Assembly: GCF_018977255.1 (NCBI RefSeq) | Contig: NW_024704743.1 | Location: forward strand, 31,560,001 to 31,624,000 | Source: Callorhinchus milii | Lineage: Eukaryota | DNA: 64,000 nucleotides | Reading direction: 5' to 3' | Shown: in pieces, positions 12,833 through 25,605 of the stretch | How the letters are laid out: every line of letters starts with the position of its first letter | Position numbering within the stretch: the stretch's first letter is position 1 | Notes under the pieces: model-generated | Seen by the model: only the letters and a program-made list of their open reading frames with translations | What the model was told of the DNA's origin: nothing | Database searches by the model: none | Program-made: the position numbers and the translations under genes

Positions 12833-14179
12833 TTATGACAAGGTGTTAAGTGTATGGTCTGAATCCTCTAACAGACAATGTGGACACTCTGCACAAGGGA
12901 GGGAAAGCTAGAAAAAAAACAAAAAGCACAAAATGAAATTACAAAAGAAGAGAAAATGTGAAAGAAATTGCAGGACAATGAAGATAAGCTGTACAGCATC
13001 TTCCCTTGTGTACTTGTAACATGCTGTAGAAGCTCCTTTCAGGCAGCCTGCAGTGAAAGCACGTTTCAACTCCTTCAGGCTGGTGAGATTGGAGAAAGCC
13101 CTTCTGAATTCTGTTGGTAATAAGTAGTTGATGTGAAAGGAGGAAGGAGCTAGTCATATAAATGTAGCGTTCAGATCTCATTAAATTCTATGTCTCGGTA
13201 ATGGCTATGCTCACACTTTCAGCTCCATTCAGTCCCACTTGGTTCTCTCTCTTGCCATCTCCCTGCATTAGAACAAGAGTGAGTATGACTGATGCATCTT
13301 TCTGAAACCCGCACAGCGCGATGTCAGGATCTTACACCAACTACTGGTTTTAACTAGCCTTGTGTGTTTCCCATTCATTATTGCAGTAACATGGGAAAAC
13401 AAAATGCTTTTATTTTTCAACACTCCTGAAATGCTGGCCGCAGATTTAACACAGGTAAAGCTGAGTTAGACTGAGCAGTGAATGTTAATAATAATCCAAA
13501 TAATAATCCTAGCCTTATCACATCATCAAAAGTTCTCGGAGAGCTTTACAGCATTTTACTGTAAAGTATAGTTCTAGGCTAACCTGGCAGCCAACTTGCA
13601 TACAGCAATGTCCCACGAACAGTCATGAATTGAATAACCAATTTTATCTGGAGGATAGTTGACCAGGACACCAGGAAAAACTCCTTTCCCTTTTCATGGG
13701 ACCTATTTTTTTTCCACTGGTAAGCTTTGTCTTTGTGTGCTTTCAGCAGTTATCGCAGCAGCAAGCATTCCCAGGTAAGATCTTCAGTGGAGGGTGCAGC
13801 TTTCCTTCTGTTACGCAGTAAACAGCTTAAGGAATATCTGCAAATTTCTTTCTAATTCCTTAATCAATGTCTTAATCAACTCCATCCTTAAGCACTTACC
13901 TGCAACTTACATAAAATTGGCTGCATGAAGGGTTTTGAGACATCCTCACGATGTGAAAGGCGCTATACCAAATGTAAAGATTATTATTATTTATTTTTAC
14001 GTGAGATGTTCGCAAATACAAGTTGCGGATTCCTTGTATTTTTTAAGGAATCTCATTAAATTTCCCATCGAGTTGCGGGAACTCCGGTCCGGAAACAGAT
14101 CCACCTTGCTGCACTTCTGGTTGAGGAAGGAGTCTTCATTTGTACAATTTAATTGTTAAAAATCCCATAAAGACGTACT

Positions 14180-14510
14180 GCAAATTAGATCCCAGTATGT
14201 GATTGTTAGGAGATAAAGCTTTCTCTTCCCCAGCAGTGCCTTAACCTCAACCTTAGAGGAACAACCTGCATTAGGGTGATATTTCTATTCCTATGCCTTC
14301 TTTCAGTGTGACTGACAATTTAGTGCCAATTAGTGCTGAATTATGGAAATACTTTTTAGACTGTGGACACGCAGTCATTAGGAGCTAGAATCGGACTGTC
14401 CAGGCTCATTATACATCGTCGAATGCTTACTATCATCACAGAGGACGGAGACATCCATCCCATCATTCCAGCCTGAATTCAAACGTAGGTACCAGAGGTG
14501 AGAGGATAAT
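14180..14510 (-). mobile_element. LF-SINE-like ancient SINE
   Basis: The minus strand has cctctcacctctgg..tttgaattcagg, gtgtccaca, gcactaattggcac and ggttaaggcac..aagctt, in the order recalled for the LF-SINE consensus. Confidence 0.5.
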
Positions 14511-15144
14511 GTTGAAACTGATCTGGGTGTCAAAGAATAAAATACTGCTGGTAAAAATTATCTATTTGTCTACCCAAGTCTACCGAGCAGGTCCAGGAAG
14601 CAAGTGTTTCCCCTTTTTTTCAGTAACTAGCAAGCTGTGACATCTGTGTCTATTGACCTGTGAAGGTCAGTGTAATTGATGGATATAATTCCTCCCTCTG
14701 CCTACATTTGCATTATTACCACTTGCTTTACATTTGGAAAATTTCACATACGGGTCGTGCTGGGGGGAGGTGGATGCGACGAGGAAATTTTTTTAAAAAT
14801 CACAGCGACAGTTCAGTTCTGAATGGCCTACAGCAAGAAACTATTTACCAGAAAGCAGAGGGTTCACGAGATCACAAGGTCAGTTTGAATGAAGAAAGCC
14901 CTTTGGCCCATTTAATCTCCCACACTGCCGTCCATACTGTCCTTCTATTACAACATCAATTTGTTACTTGAATAAGTCCAGCACGATGGCCTCAAACACA
15001 CTGCCTAACCCATTACGGTCGGTAATTACCTTCCGGGTAAAGAAATAGTTCCTGCTGTATAACCTGAAATTGCCCTTTGCTTTCCTGAATTTCTGTTCTC
15101 TTGTTCTGTTGCCTTGCTATAACTGAAAGTATTGTTCACTTAGC

Positions 15145-15375
15145 AGCAGCCGTGCTTTCAGCTACTACGCCCCAAAACTTTGGATCTCTTCCCCAATTCC
15201 TCTGCTTTGCCCTCTCCTTCCCCTCTTTTAGATCACGACTGAAGACCTTCCTCTTTGACCGTGCTTATGATCACCTTCTCCCTCCCCTCGGCCTTGTGTC
15301 ATGCTCCACCACTGTGAAGCGCTCCGAGACACTACCCCCCGATAAGGACGCTATTTAAATGCAAGTTACTGTTGT
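15145..15375 (+). mobile_element. L2 3' end
   Basis: Encodes SFRSRLKTFLFDRAY, then the tail gtgaagcgctccgagac...gctatttaaatgcaagtt. Confidence 0.75.
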
Positions 15376-16264
15376 TCTGGGTTTATTTTCTCAATCCCAT
15401 TTAGAGGCATAGATTTTTATAAGAGCCCCAATGAGATGTCTCCTTTCAAGTTGCAAAGCCCTAGTTTACATAATGTTTGCTCATGGCTCATTCTTCTGTC
15501 ACCTTTCTTGAACATGAGGACAAACATTTGCTTGCTTCCAGTTTGTTGGAGCCTCACTAGTGGGTGATTGACTCCCTCATAATGTCTGTCCGTGCAACAC
15601 AAATGTCTTGCTTTGTTTCTCTGAGTACACTGCAATATAGTTCATGTGTCCCAATTTGTTTTCAACCCCTGGAGCCAGTCTGGAATCTCAGCCTCACTTA
15701 TATCAAAGTCTTTGGAGTTCAAATAATGTTTGTTGGACGTTGGATGGCATGTTTATTAGTGTCCTCCCTGATAAAAAAAATCTCTGAAAAGCAATTGTTC
15801 GATATATCAATTTGCTCTCTTCTGTTCATTCCCTTTTTCAATTCCCTCTGGGTCACTTTAGATTTTAATATCTTCCTTGACTAGCCTTTCATTATTATAA
15901 TATTGAAAGAATTTTTGCCATTATATTTTGCATTTGCCACTATGTCCCTTTCCAGATCTGTTTTGGTTCTATTAATGTTTTATTTTATTTTACTCTTTTT
16001 CTGTAAAGTCTTGCATTCAGCCCTTGACTCAATATCTTCCTTGTAACGGACCTAAGCTGTATTTCTGCAGAGCTGAACTGATTCAAAGGTGACGTGATTG
16101 CCAATTGAATGACAGATCTGTGCCAATCTGTGGTGGTCTTAGCAGTCCAGTCCCTGAACCAGATGGGTCGTCAGTACTCCAGGGCACTGTTGATGACGGG
16201 CCAACCAGGGTGGTCCTAATAGGACAAGTAAGATAATGTTCTCAATAGCAAGTGTTTTTAGCTG

Positions 16265-16530
16265 ATTAAACTCCAGTGGTGCTCCAACAGACACACACAC
16301 TGCAGTCCCCAAGTCTTGGCTTTTGCCAACCTGTGCCTAATACTTTCTGGATTTAGGTAAGCATTGTACATCCCTCTGAGAGCTGAATTCCATTCCAGAC
16401 ACAGAAACATTTCCATGTGTAAGTGGCATACATATGTGGAATTCTCAGTCTGATCTGGATACTCTTAAAAACAGTGATGGGTTTCTGCATGGTGATGGGT
16501 GTCAGACACCCGACTGACTAAAGAAAATGT
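16265..16530 (+). repeat. Unnamed interspersed repeat (other copies at 33293-33540 and 37565-37700)
   Basis: Shared core attccagac(a/g)cag..ccatgt(g/a)ta(a/g)gt..catacata and gtgtca(g/a)ac(a/c)c..(a/g)ctga. Confidence 0.75.
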
Positions 16531-17319
16531 ATTCAGCTCAATGATCACCCTCCTCCTTCTCCTTATAAGTTTTGCAAATCTTCCTTTTTTGCTATTGATC
16601 CATTTTGGAGCATTTTTATTTGCATTTAGGTATGTACTTGTTTTGTATGCTCTAAATAATAGTTTTGAAGATTGCCCATTTGTCTTTTGAAGATTGCTCA
16701 ATTCTCAAGATCGAACCTGTTGTTAAAGATAAGACACACAACAACCCTGTTATCAGTCCTTGTGATGATTATCACGTGACCATTGCATACCCACCCAGTA
16801 CGTGAAAATTTCCATCAAGTAAATGTCACTTCAGGGGGGGCTTATTCTCTAACCACTACCATGTGTGATAGTACGATGGGACTTTTCTCTGTGTGTAACA
16901 GGATTGTGCTTCATACGTTACTTGTGCTTCATACGTAGTCGGTGGAAGATACAAAAGTCTTACATTCCCCAGCATTTACATCCCTCACCTTGACAAACAA
17001 AACAAAACCAAAAAACATGAACTAAATACAGTAATAAAGAATAGGGCTGAAGGATCATATTCTATTATAATCTTAGTTTTCCAGAAAAGAAACAAGGAGA
17101 AACAATCAGAGGGATCATCATCCACAATACATAAAAGGGCATAAAAAATTTCCAACGATTTTGAGCAAAGGAATATTCCTCACAGGGCTAACCTTCCAAC
17201 ATTATTGATATCCACATCTTCATTCATTACCTGCGCTCAATAAAAATGTCCTTAGAACCAGTGGGGAACTTGATTCATTGAATGATCAGTTGGTATGTAA
17301 TGCTTGGAATACCAGCATA

Positions 17320-18342
17320 GATGCAGAATGAATAGCAAGCTGGCTGCAAAACAAAAAGCAGAAAGTAGGGGTAAAGGGTAGCTACTCAGACTGGCAGGGG
17401 GTGTGCAGTGGTGTTCCACAAATTGGGGGGAATATTTAATACAGAGGAGGACTGCAACAAATTACAGCAATACATTAATATACTTGCTGAATGGGTATTT
17501 AAATGGTAAATGCATTTCAATGTAGAAAAGTGTGAGGTGGTACATTTTGGTAGAAGGAATAAGGAAGTCACATACATCCTGGAAACTAAAACCTAAATGG
17601 GATAGAGAAGAAATGGGACCAGGGGTACACATACACAATTCACTAAAAGTAGCAACGCAGGTTAATAAGGCTATAAAAAAAAGCAAACCAGGCATTGGGG
17701 TTCATTTCCAGAGGGACAGAAGTGAAAAGCAGGGAAGTTACGGTAAACTTCTATAGCACTTAGGTTAGACCACATTTAGAATACTGTGCAGTTCTGGTCC
17801 CCACATTATAAAAGGGATGGAGAGGCACTGGAGCGGGTGCAAAGGAGATTCACAAGGATGATCCCAGAAATGAGAGGCTATACCTATGAGGAAAGGCTGA
17901 ACATACTTGGTCTCTTCTCTTGAAAAGAGGATGGTAAGGGGTGACCTGATAGAGATCTTTAAAATGATGAAAGGCTTTGATAGCGTAGATATAGGGAAGA
18001 TGTTTCCACTTGTGGGGGAGACCAAAACCAGGGGCCATCAATATAAAATAGTCACAAATAGATCAAATAGGGAAGTTAGAAGAAATTTCTTCACACAGAG
18101 AGCAGTGGGAATGTGAAACATGCTACCACAAGGAATAGTTGAGGCAAATAGCATAGATGTATTTAAGGGAAAGCTAGATAGGTGCACGAGGGAGAAAGGA
18201 ATAGAAGGTCATGCTTGAAGGCTTAGTTGAGGAAGGCCAGGAGGAGGCTCATGTGGAACATAAACACCGGCATAGGCCTGTTTCTGTGTATTCTATATAT
18301 GTGTATTCTGTGTATTCTGTATATTCTAATGTATTCTAATGT
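17320..18342 (+). mobile_element. CR1-clade LINE 3' fragment with internal deletion
   Basis: Motifs SGVPQ, FNVEKCEVVHFGRRN, VRPHLEYCAVLV/QFWSP, ALERVQRRFTRMIP, SLEKRMVRGDLIEIFKMMKG, TRGHQYKI and RRNFFTQR. Ends in the CR1-type (ATTCTRTG)-like repeat at 18290-18342. Confidence 0.9.
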
Positions 18343-21300
18343 ACACGTTTGCCAATTTCATGGACTCAAAATGGCTTATTCATTCTCATACAATCTGGTC
18401 AAGGCAGTAGAGTGGAGAACTCCTTGTGAAGTATGAACCAAATGTATTAATTGTCTGAGCCAACTGTGTCTTACATAAATGTTTCAGCACCTCCACTCCA
18501 CAGAGGCTTGCTCTGCTCATGACATCTGTGTCAAATCTCCAGTCTTGAGCTCAAAAGCAATACATTTGTGTGTACAGTGAAGCACTGTGACAGTTATTAT
18601 AATTTGGCTTAGTATAAATGATACTATTTTATCCAGATTTCATTGTAGGCCTTTTATAGTGTACCCTAAATTTGTAGTTATAGATCATAACTTATGCAAT
18701 AAATTGATCCTAAATTTTACCATTTAAAGTGTGTTTCCTTTCCTCTATTCTATCTCCCAAAGTTCGCTACTTTGTTTTTCATTTTTGAACTGTATCTTCC
18801 ACCCATCTGGCAATCCATTCCGTTCAACAACTGCTGTTCCGTTGGGCCGCAATCAGGATCACTCGTAAGAACCAAGTCTAGAGGAGAGTTGTATATTGTG
18901 AGCTTGCTAACTTACTGAGTGTGGTGAGGATCCCTATTGAGCCTTGCACTGGGATACACTGATTTGTATACTGAATCTGCTTGGACCAGGAATCCTGAAA
19001 CCACTCATTACATGTTTAGTCCAGTTTGTTGTTGTTGAGGCTTTATCACAGCTTGATACATGTGCTGAACATATTGTTTGCCTGATCATTTACCTAATGT
19101 GCTTCTCCTCAATTTAACTGTTAAACTGGACATATTGGCATATTGAGATCCACATGAATTTCAGATCATCATTGTTCTGAATCAAAGAAATTGCAATTTT
19201 AGGAGAGATAAGTGTGTTTATCTAGAGTACTGACTACATGATATCCATCTCCTCTAGTGTTTAATTTCATTATAGTTATTAATTTTATATAACGTAACCA
19301 CAAGTGTGAAGTACTTTTCAGAAGTTTCAACTTGATACGTTTCTTTAAAAATTGTGTTTGTTTGTTTCTCAGTTTCTTTCATATGTATGTATGTATGTGT
19401 GTGTGTGCATCTTAGTATAAACCTTTTTACAATATTACCCTTCAGCTAATCTGTAACATTTCCGCCTCAATAATGAATGTTTAAAATGTGTAAGAAAATG
19501 CCATTCAACAGAAGATTTGGTTAACATCCATGCACCTAAAGGCAATTACATGAAATCAAATCTAATCACATTATTTTATGGATAATTTATGATCAATACA
19601 GTGAAAGTACTGTTACAATTTTTTTTAACATTTATAAAGTGATTCTGATTTAAACAGTTGGATCTTTAAAGTATTCTGACGTTTGATATAAGGCTCAGGC
19701 AGATAAATTGAAAGTGCTATCATCTTGCAATACGGCTATAAAGAAGCTGGATTCACGTTCCTCAGAAAGCCAGCCTCTCTCCATTACGAGTGCTGTAAAT
19801 CTTTTGAGAGGAATTGGAGTCGCTTTTGTCCTGCTAATTATTCAGCCCTTGAGTGCAATAGGACATTATGCTGATGTGAAAAAATTCCAGGTCCCCCCTC
19901 CCCCCAGCGCACTTCACTGCTGCAAATAAATGATTATTCTCATCTGATGGCCTAAAAAAAAGCTGTTTGAACCACTCTCTGGCTGGCTAATGAGTAATCA
20001 ACTTTCACAGCTTGAGTGTTAGGGTGGTAATTTGGTAGCACGCCACGCTCCGAAACCATGGAATAGTGCTTCATTAACGTGAAGATCTGTATAATCAAAC
20101 AATTAGCAACCTCCCCACTGCTAAAGCAGCCTTCACATCATTATTCATGCTTTCCCATAGTACTTATCTCTGCGTATAGGGACGACTAGATGACTACGAC
20201 AGTTACTTTGCTAACGCATCTACCAAACCTGTGGGATTAATTTTTAAACTCTGCATAAAAGGTACCTGAGCCTAAGTCTTTTGTTTCGTTTAGACTCCAT
20301 TGATACCAGCATTTCTGTGCATCACCAACATGCACTCAATTGAGCAAATTGGCCACATTTGTATTTGCTCAGTACAAATTCTTTGTGAAACATGGATAAG
20401 AGTTTTTGGTCGCAAGATTCCTCGGACCTTTTTCTTAGTAGAAATGGATGATTTTCTAAAACGCTCATTGTTACTCACTGCAATTCTGCTGGTTTATAGA
20501 ATTAACGGCTATTACAATCCGTGGTGCAGAAGGTATCTGTATCTGATTTACGCATGGTCAGGTGTCTAATGTGGGGGAATAAAATGTAATGGTGAACTGG
20601 TGCCTGTGTTGGAAATCATTTGGATAACACAGTGGGTGCAATGGGTCTCATATTCAATAAAGGTCACTTTCTTCCTATTTTCAGTTTCTTGGTTCTGGTA
20701 CTGAAAATGGCCTCATGGTTATGTTGAAATGTCACTTACTTGAATGGTATGTGTAATTGCGCCCACATATGTATATTATGGATTATTACATACAGAATAG
20801 CTTTTAACAAGGAATTACATAAACATCTGAAAAGAAAAAATATGTAAAAAGAGGAAAAAGAAGGAGAGTGAGACAACACAGATAGCTCTTACAGAGAAGC
20901 GACACATGGTCTTGATCCTTGTTTTATGCTGAAAAATGCTAGGATTCTACCAGTGAGTAGAAGACTTTTTTAAGTTTCACTATTTGCCAAATGTCTTTTG
21001 AGCCATGCACCACTGTGAGAGTGAGGGAGCCAGATACACATCTGAAGTGTGTTTCACATAGACTGCTCATTTTCCCTCTTTTGGCAAATAATCTCTTTGT
21101 TTCTCTTGCAAAATGAGATTGAGAACTCCCTGTGTTGGAAACCTGACATGAAAATGCATATACAACAGTCCGGGTCCAATTTGCAGAATTTCTTAACAGA
21201 TTTTTTAATAAGAAATGTGTACATATCGAATTTGTGAAACACTAAATGTGCTGAAGCATTCAGTATTTTAGAAGTTCATAATCATACCATTCTTACTAAG

Positions 21301-22059
21301 AAAAACGTGAAGAAATATTGCAAGTTATACCCCACATGAGCATAACAATGTGTTGTCCTCCCTGTTTCACCTTCTTAAACTGTTGCACAAGATATATGGA
21401 TGCACCAACTTGTCCAGGAATGTTTTTTTTCTCTCCTAAGAACCTTCGTGACTCAGATCTGGCCACTGGACCTGGGAAATGTTGTCAAAATGTTTTTCAT
21501 ACGGTTTATCCTACAAGCAACGACAGATCTGCAGAGCTTTCCAACAGAGCTGTATTGTACCGTCCATTACCTCAGGCTGAGCAGGGTTGGAGAGTTCTCT
21601 TGAGCAGTAATTGCTGCGAGGGTTTGGAGGAGCCCCAGCAATAAAATGTTCCAATAACACCTGGGATTAAAGCACCTTTTGTTATGAAAATACCATGCAA
21701 AAGGTGTTTCCACTGATACAAAATATGTTAGAAAAACAACCTCAGTGATAAGTGTCACGAACGCCTGTCTGTACCTGCTGTCTTCCATCTGCTGAGATCC
21801 TGATCACAACCCTGCTGCTGTGAGAAGTTGCCAAGACCAGATCAGAGGTTTTCTCACTGGATTGGGGGATGGGGGGGGGTGGGGGGTGGGGGGTGGGGGG
21901 GGGTGGAATAGCATCTGTAGGGACAGGCACCCAAAGGTTAGGGAACAGTGCCTCCTTTCAGATGTCCATTGATGGAGCCCTTTTGGAAAATGGTGAAGAT
22001 GCAAGAAGTCCCAGGGAAAAGGAAGGGAAGAAGATTTGACTATGAAAGAAGGAGTCATG

Positions 22060-22396
22060 TAATAATAATAATCCTTGCATTTGATATGGCACCTTATCAC
22101 ATCTTCGAGACGTCCCAAAAGTGCTTCACAGAATATACTGTAAAATGAAATGACTGTATATTTTGTGGGTGAAACGTGGCAACCAATTGCGCACAGCAAT
22201 GTCCTACAAACAGTTGTGAATTGAGTGACCAATTTCATATTTTTTTTAAGGAATTATTATCTCCGGAAAAGCGATCCACCAAATGACTAACAACTGGGTT
22301 CCTACTTACTGCAAGGTAAACAGAAGCGTGTGGAATAATCGAACCGAGTTGTCGTTTACGAGGTGAATTCTATAACCACTGAGTTAAAGGACTCCA
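22060..22396 (-). mobile_element. Family B SINE
   Basis: Ends in taaccactgagttaaaggactcc and carries the shared tail. Confidence 0.75.
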
Positions 22397-25300
22397 GCAA
22401 TCACCACACAGACTCAGTCATGCAGAAAGAAAATAGTTTAGGAATTTCAGATTCTTTTTAATTTAATTTGATGGAAACAGTTATGTATCGGAGGTCTCCT
22501 TGGAATGCTATGCACTTATAAAGAAAAATACTAAAACTGGTAAGAAAATGAGCTTCAAGGGGGAAAGAATGAAATACCAGTCAGCACAAGGTAAAAGTGA
22601 ACAAGTTGGAATAAAAGGGAATTCAGATGAGTGGAACTTTTTTTATACAAAGCGTAACAAACTTGTGAACTAGGATACCAGGGGAAGTCATTAAAATCGT
22701 CAGTATGAACGGATTTAAGAGCAATTCATTGTGTGTACTGAGAAGAATGGGTATTGAGGGATAGATCAAACAACAACAAATTTGTATCACGCTTTTCGCG
22801 TTGGAGGATGTCCCAAGGCACTGAACAATCAAAGATTTGGAGAGAGAAATAGGTTGCTGAGATTGTCAATAATAAAAAGTGAGTCATTGGCTTTTTTCTG
22901 ATTGTATAATCCTTGGATTTGATATAGCACCTCATCACATCATCAAAATGTTTCAGAGCACTTCATAGAATTTTTACTGTAAAGTGTAGTGACTGTGTAT
23001 CTGTACCCCAATGGTATGGTACAGCATTGCATTGTACAGTATTAAGATACTTTCAAAGAACAATAATAATTATATGCGTTTGAAATACCGCCTCATCACA
23101 TCATTGAGCTGTCTCAAAACGCTTCACAGGATACACTGTAAAGTGGAGTGACTCTATTTTGTGGGAGGAAAGAAATATTGCAAAGTGGATCCTATTACAG
23201 TAAGTATTGAGTGATGATAACAATAATAATAATCCTTACATTTGACATAACGCTTTTCACGTACAGAGAGCATATCGGGGTCAAAAACATAACTTTTCTT
23301 TCTGGTTTGATGCAGAATGCATAGAAAAAAGAATCAACGTTTCATCTGCTCACAGATGTGATACTGTAATGTCAATCTATTCTGTGTGCACTTTTGTTGG
23401 TGGAAACATTGGCCTGTTAAGGTGAGTTTTGACCGACTCAACATACATTTTTTTGAAGTCACTCCAGCTGGAGGACAGGAGAAAGGAAGAACAAAATTAA
23501 ATGTATGAGAGAATCTAAAGTTAATTTTAAGGTTTAATAATATAGGATAGATTACAATGAATGGAAAGATAAAGAATGGAAAAATAGCAGGAAAAGGAAT
23601 TTCATGGGAAACAATATTAAAGTGTTTGAAATTAATTTTGTTTTCAGTTATTTTTAGATTTTTTTGTTGCCAGTTATATCAATACAGTAGTTTTATTACT
23701 CTAATATTAGTGTTTGTCCAAGTGTCACAGGTTCAATGATCTGAAAACCAACTAAAGTGGTCTGTTCAGGGTGATAGGAGTTTCTACTAGCCTTCTTCCA
23801 GGAATACAGAAGGATGAGATCAGATAATAATAATAATTCTTGCCTTTGATATAGCACCTTATCACGTCTTTGAAACGTCTCAAAGCCCTTCACAGAATAT
23901 GCTGGAAAATGAATTGACTGTATATTTTGTGGGAGAAATAGATGGGCCAAAGAGCCTTCTTCATCCAAACCAATCTTGTGAATGTAAGCATTAATGCTGC
24001 ATTTGATAAAGAAACTACCTGACATATTGAATGTTTACAATTCTCTGGAAATCGCCTGTTTTGAAATGTGACCATATGTAATAATTTCAATTAAAAATCT
24101 CGGTAGAAATAAAGTTCGGGGGTGGGAGGGTGGAAGAAGATGGTGTACTACAGTCCCTTGGGACGTCCTCCCGACGTGAAAGGTGCTATACAAATGTAAT
24201 CTTGTTGTTGTACTAAGAACACCTCAAAATACATATCCTGATATATATCGTGATTGTTCCATGTAATCACTAAAATAGAACATTGGTTCAATCTGGTAAA
24301 GGCAATTCTATTAGCAAGGGATCTAATTTAATTTACCCCCAACTAGGCTTGCTCAGATGTGAAAGAAGACAAAGTATTTGCAAGTAACGTTACTCAAAGC
24401 TTTGAAAGAAACTGAGAATGATCACTGACTCACAGAACAGGATACAAAATGGGAGCTCACGGCAGTGTAATACGGATGTCCTCAACTCAGCATCATGGAC
24501 TGTCACCACAATAATAGGTCGCCATGAGTACAAACTCCACATTGGTCTGTGTAATGTTTATTAAACAACTACAGACCGATCTCTGTGCTCAGGAGCATTG
24601 TTTGCTAAGTTGTACAATTCCTGGAGAGGGGCAAGGGATATTGTTAGGAGGTTAGGAAGGCTATCCCAGCTTCCTTCAGGCAAGCAAGAGGGCTCTAGTA
24701 CAACTTTTGATCCTGCGTCTTTTTTTCCCTTCTCAGGAAATGTTTGGCTTTTACTTAATAACATTCTACAGAACAATGATTAAAATCAGTAGCTCACAGT
24801 GTGGGTGCAAACCCATTGCTTCTTGTTTCCTAAGGTGCCAGAATGTTCCCAAGAGTGGCAGTCAAGGAATATAATAGGAGGGTCAGGGGGATTGTGATAT
24901 CCCTAAACACATTCCATTACTCAATTAACCAATTCTTTAATTAAAGAACAGTCCATTGACTAGCTGAAAATTGCAACTCAAACCTGTCTTTGATCAGAAT
25001 GCTAATCCTGAATTCAATACCTAAACGCAAGACCTTTAGGGGGTAATTCTCCACTGGCTGGTAAATTTAGCAAGGGTGATAATTTGTGAATGACGGGAAT
25101 CAATAGAGATTTCGTTATTTTACACAGTGAATATGTGGACTTGGCCACTCAGGCAGGACATGGAGGAAGATTGTGTCTGCAAATTCAAGAGAGAATTAGG
25201 GAGCTATTTGGACAGAATTCAATCAAGGGGTGTGAGAGACAGAGCAGGATTTCTGGAGTTGAAAAAGGACTAACCTTCACAGGACATGAAGCACTTTGGA

Positions 25301-25605
25301 CCGTCCTCTTTGTGTGTCAGCCTGGCTCAGTGGTAGAGTCAGAGGGTTGTTGGTTCAAGCCCAATGTTGGGTCAGTGAATCTACGGATGATCAAGTAATG
25401 TTTCCCCAATTAAATTATTTTGGGATGGTCAAGAGTGCTTCATAATAATCCTATAATCCTTACATTTGATATTTGATAGCACCTTTCACATCAAGAAGAT
25501 GTCTCAAAGTACTTCACTGGACCATTCTGGTCCTGCATATTCCCAGATAAGGTAATTTATCAATAAGGAGGAGAATTCACCCACCAAACTCAGTCACTCC
25601 ACTTT

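Noticed and set aside
25039..25582. Possible Harbinger-like TIR pair (ggggtaattctcc / ggagaattcaccc)
   Set aside because: The match is short and imperfect, there is no matching TSD, and the interior is a mix of other repeats.
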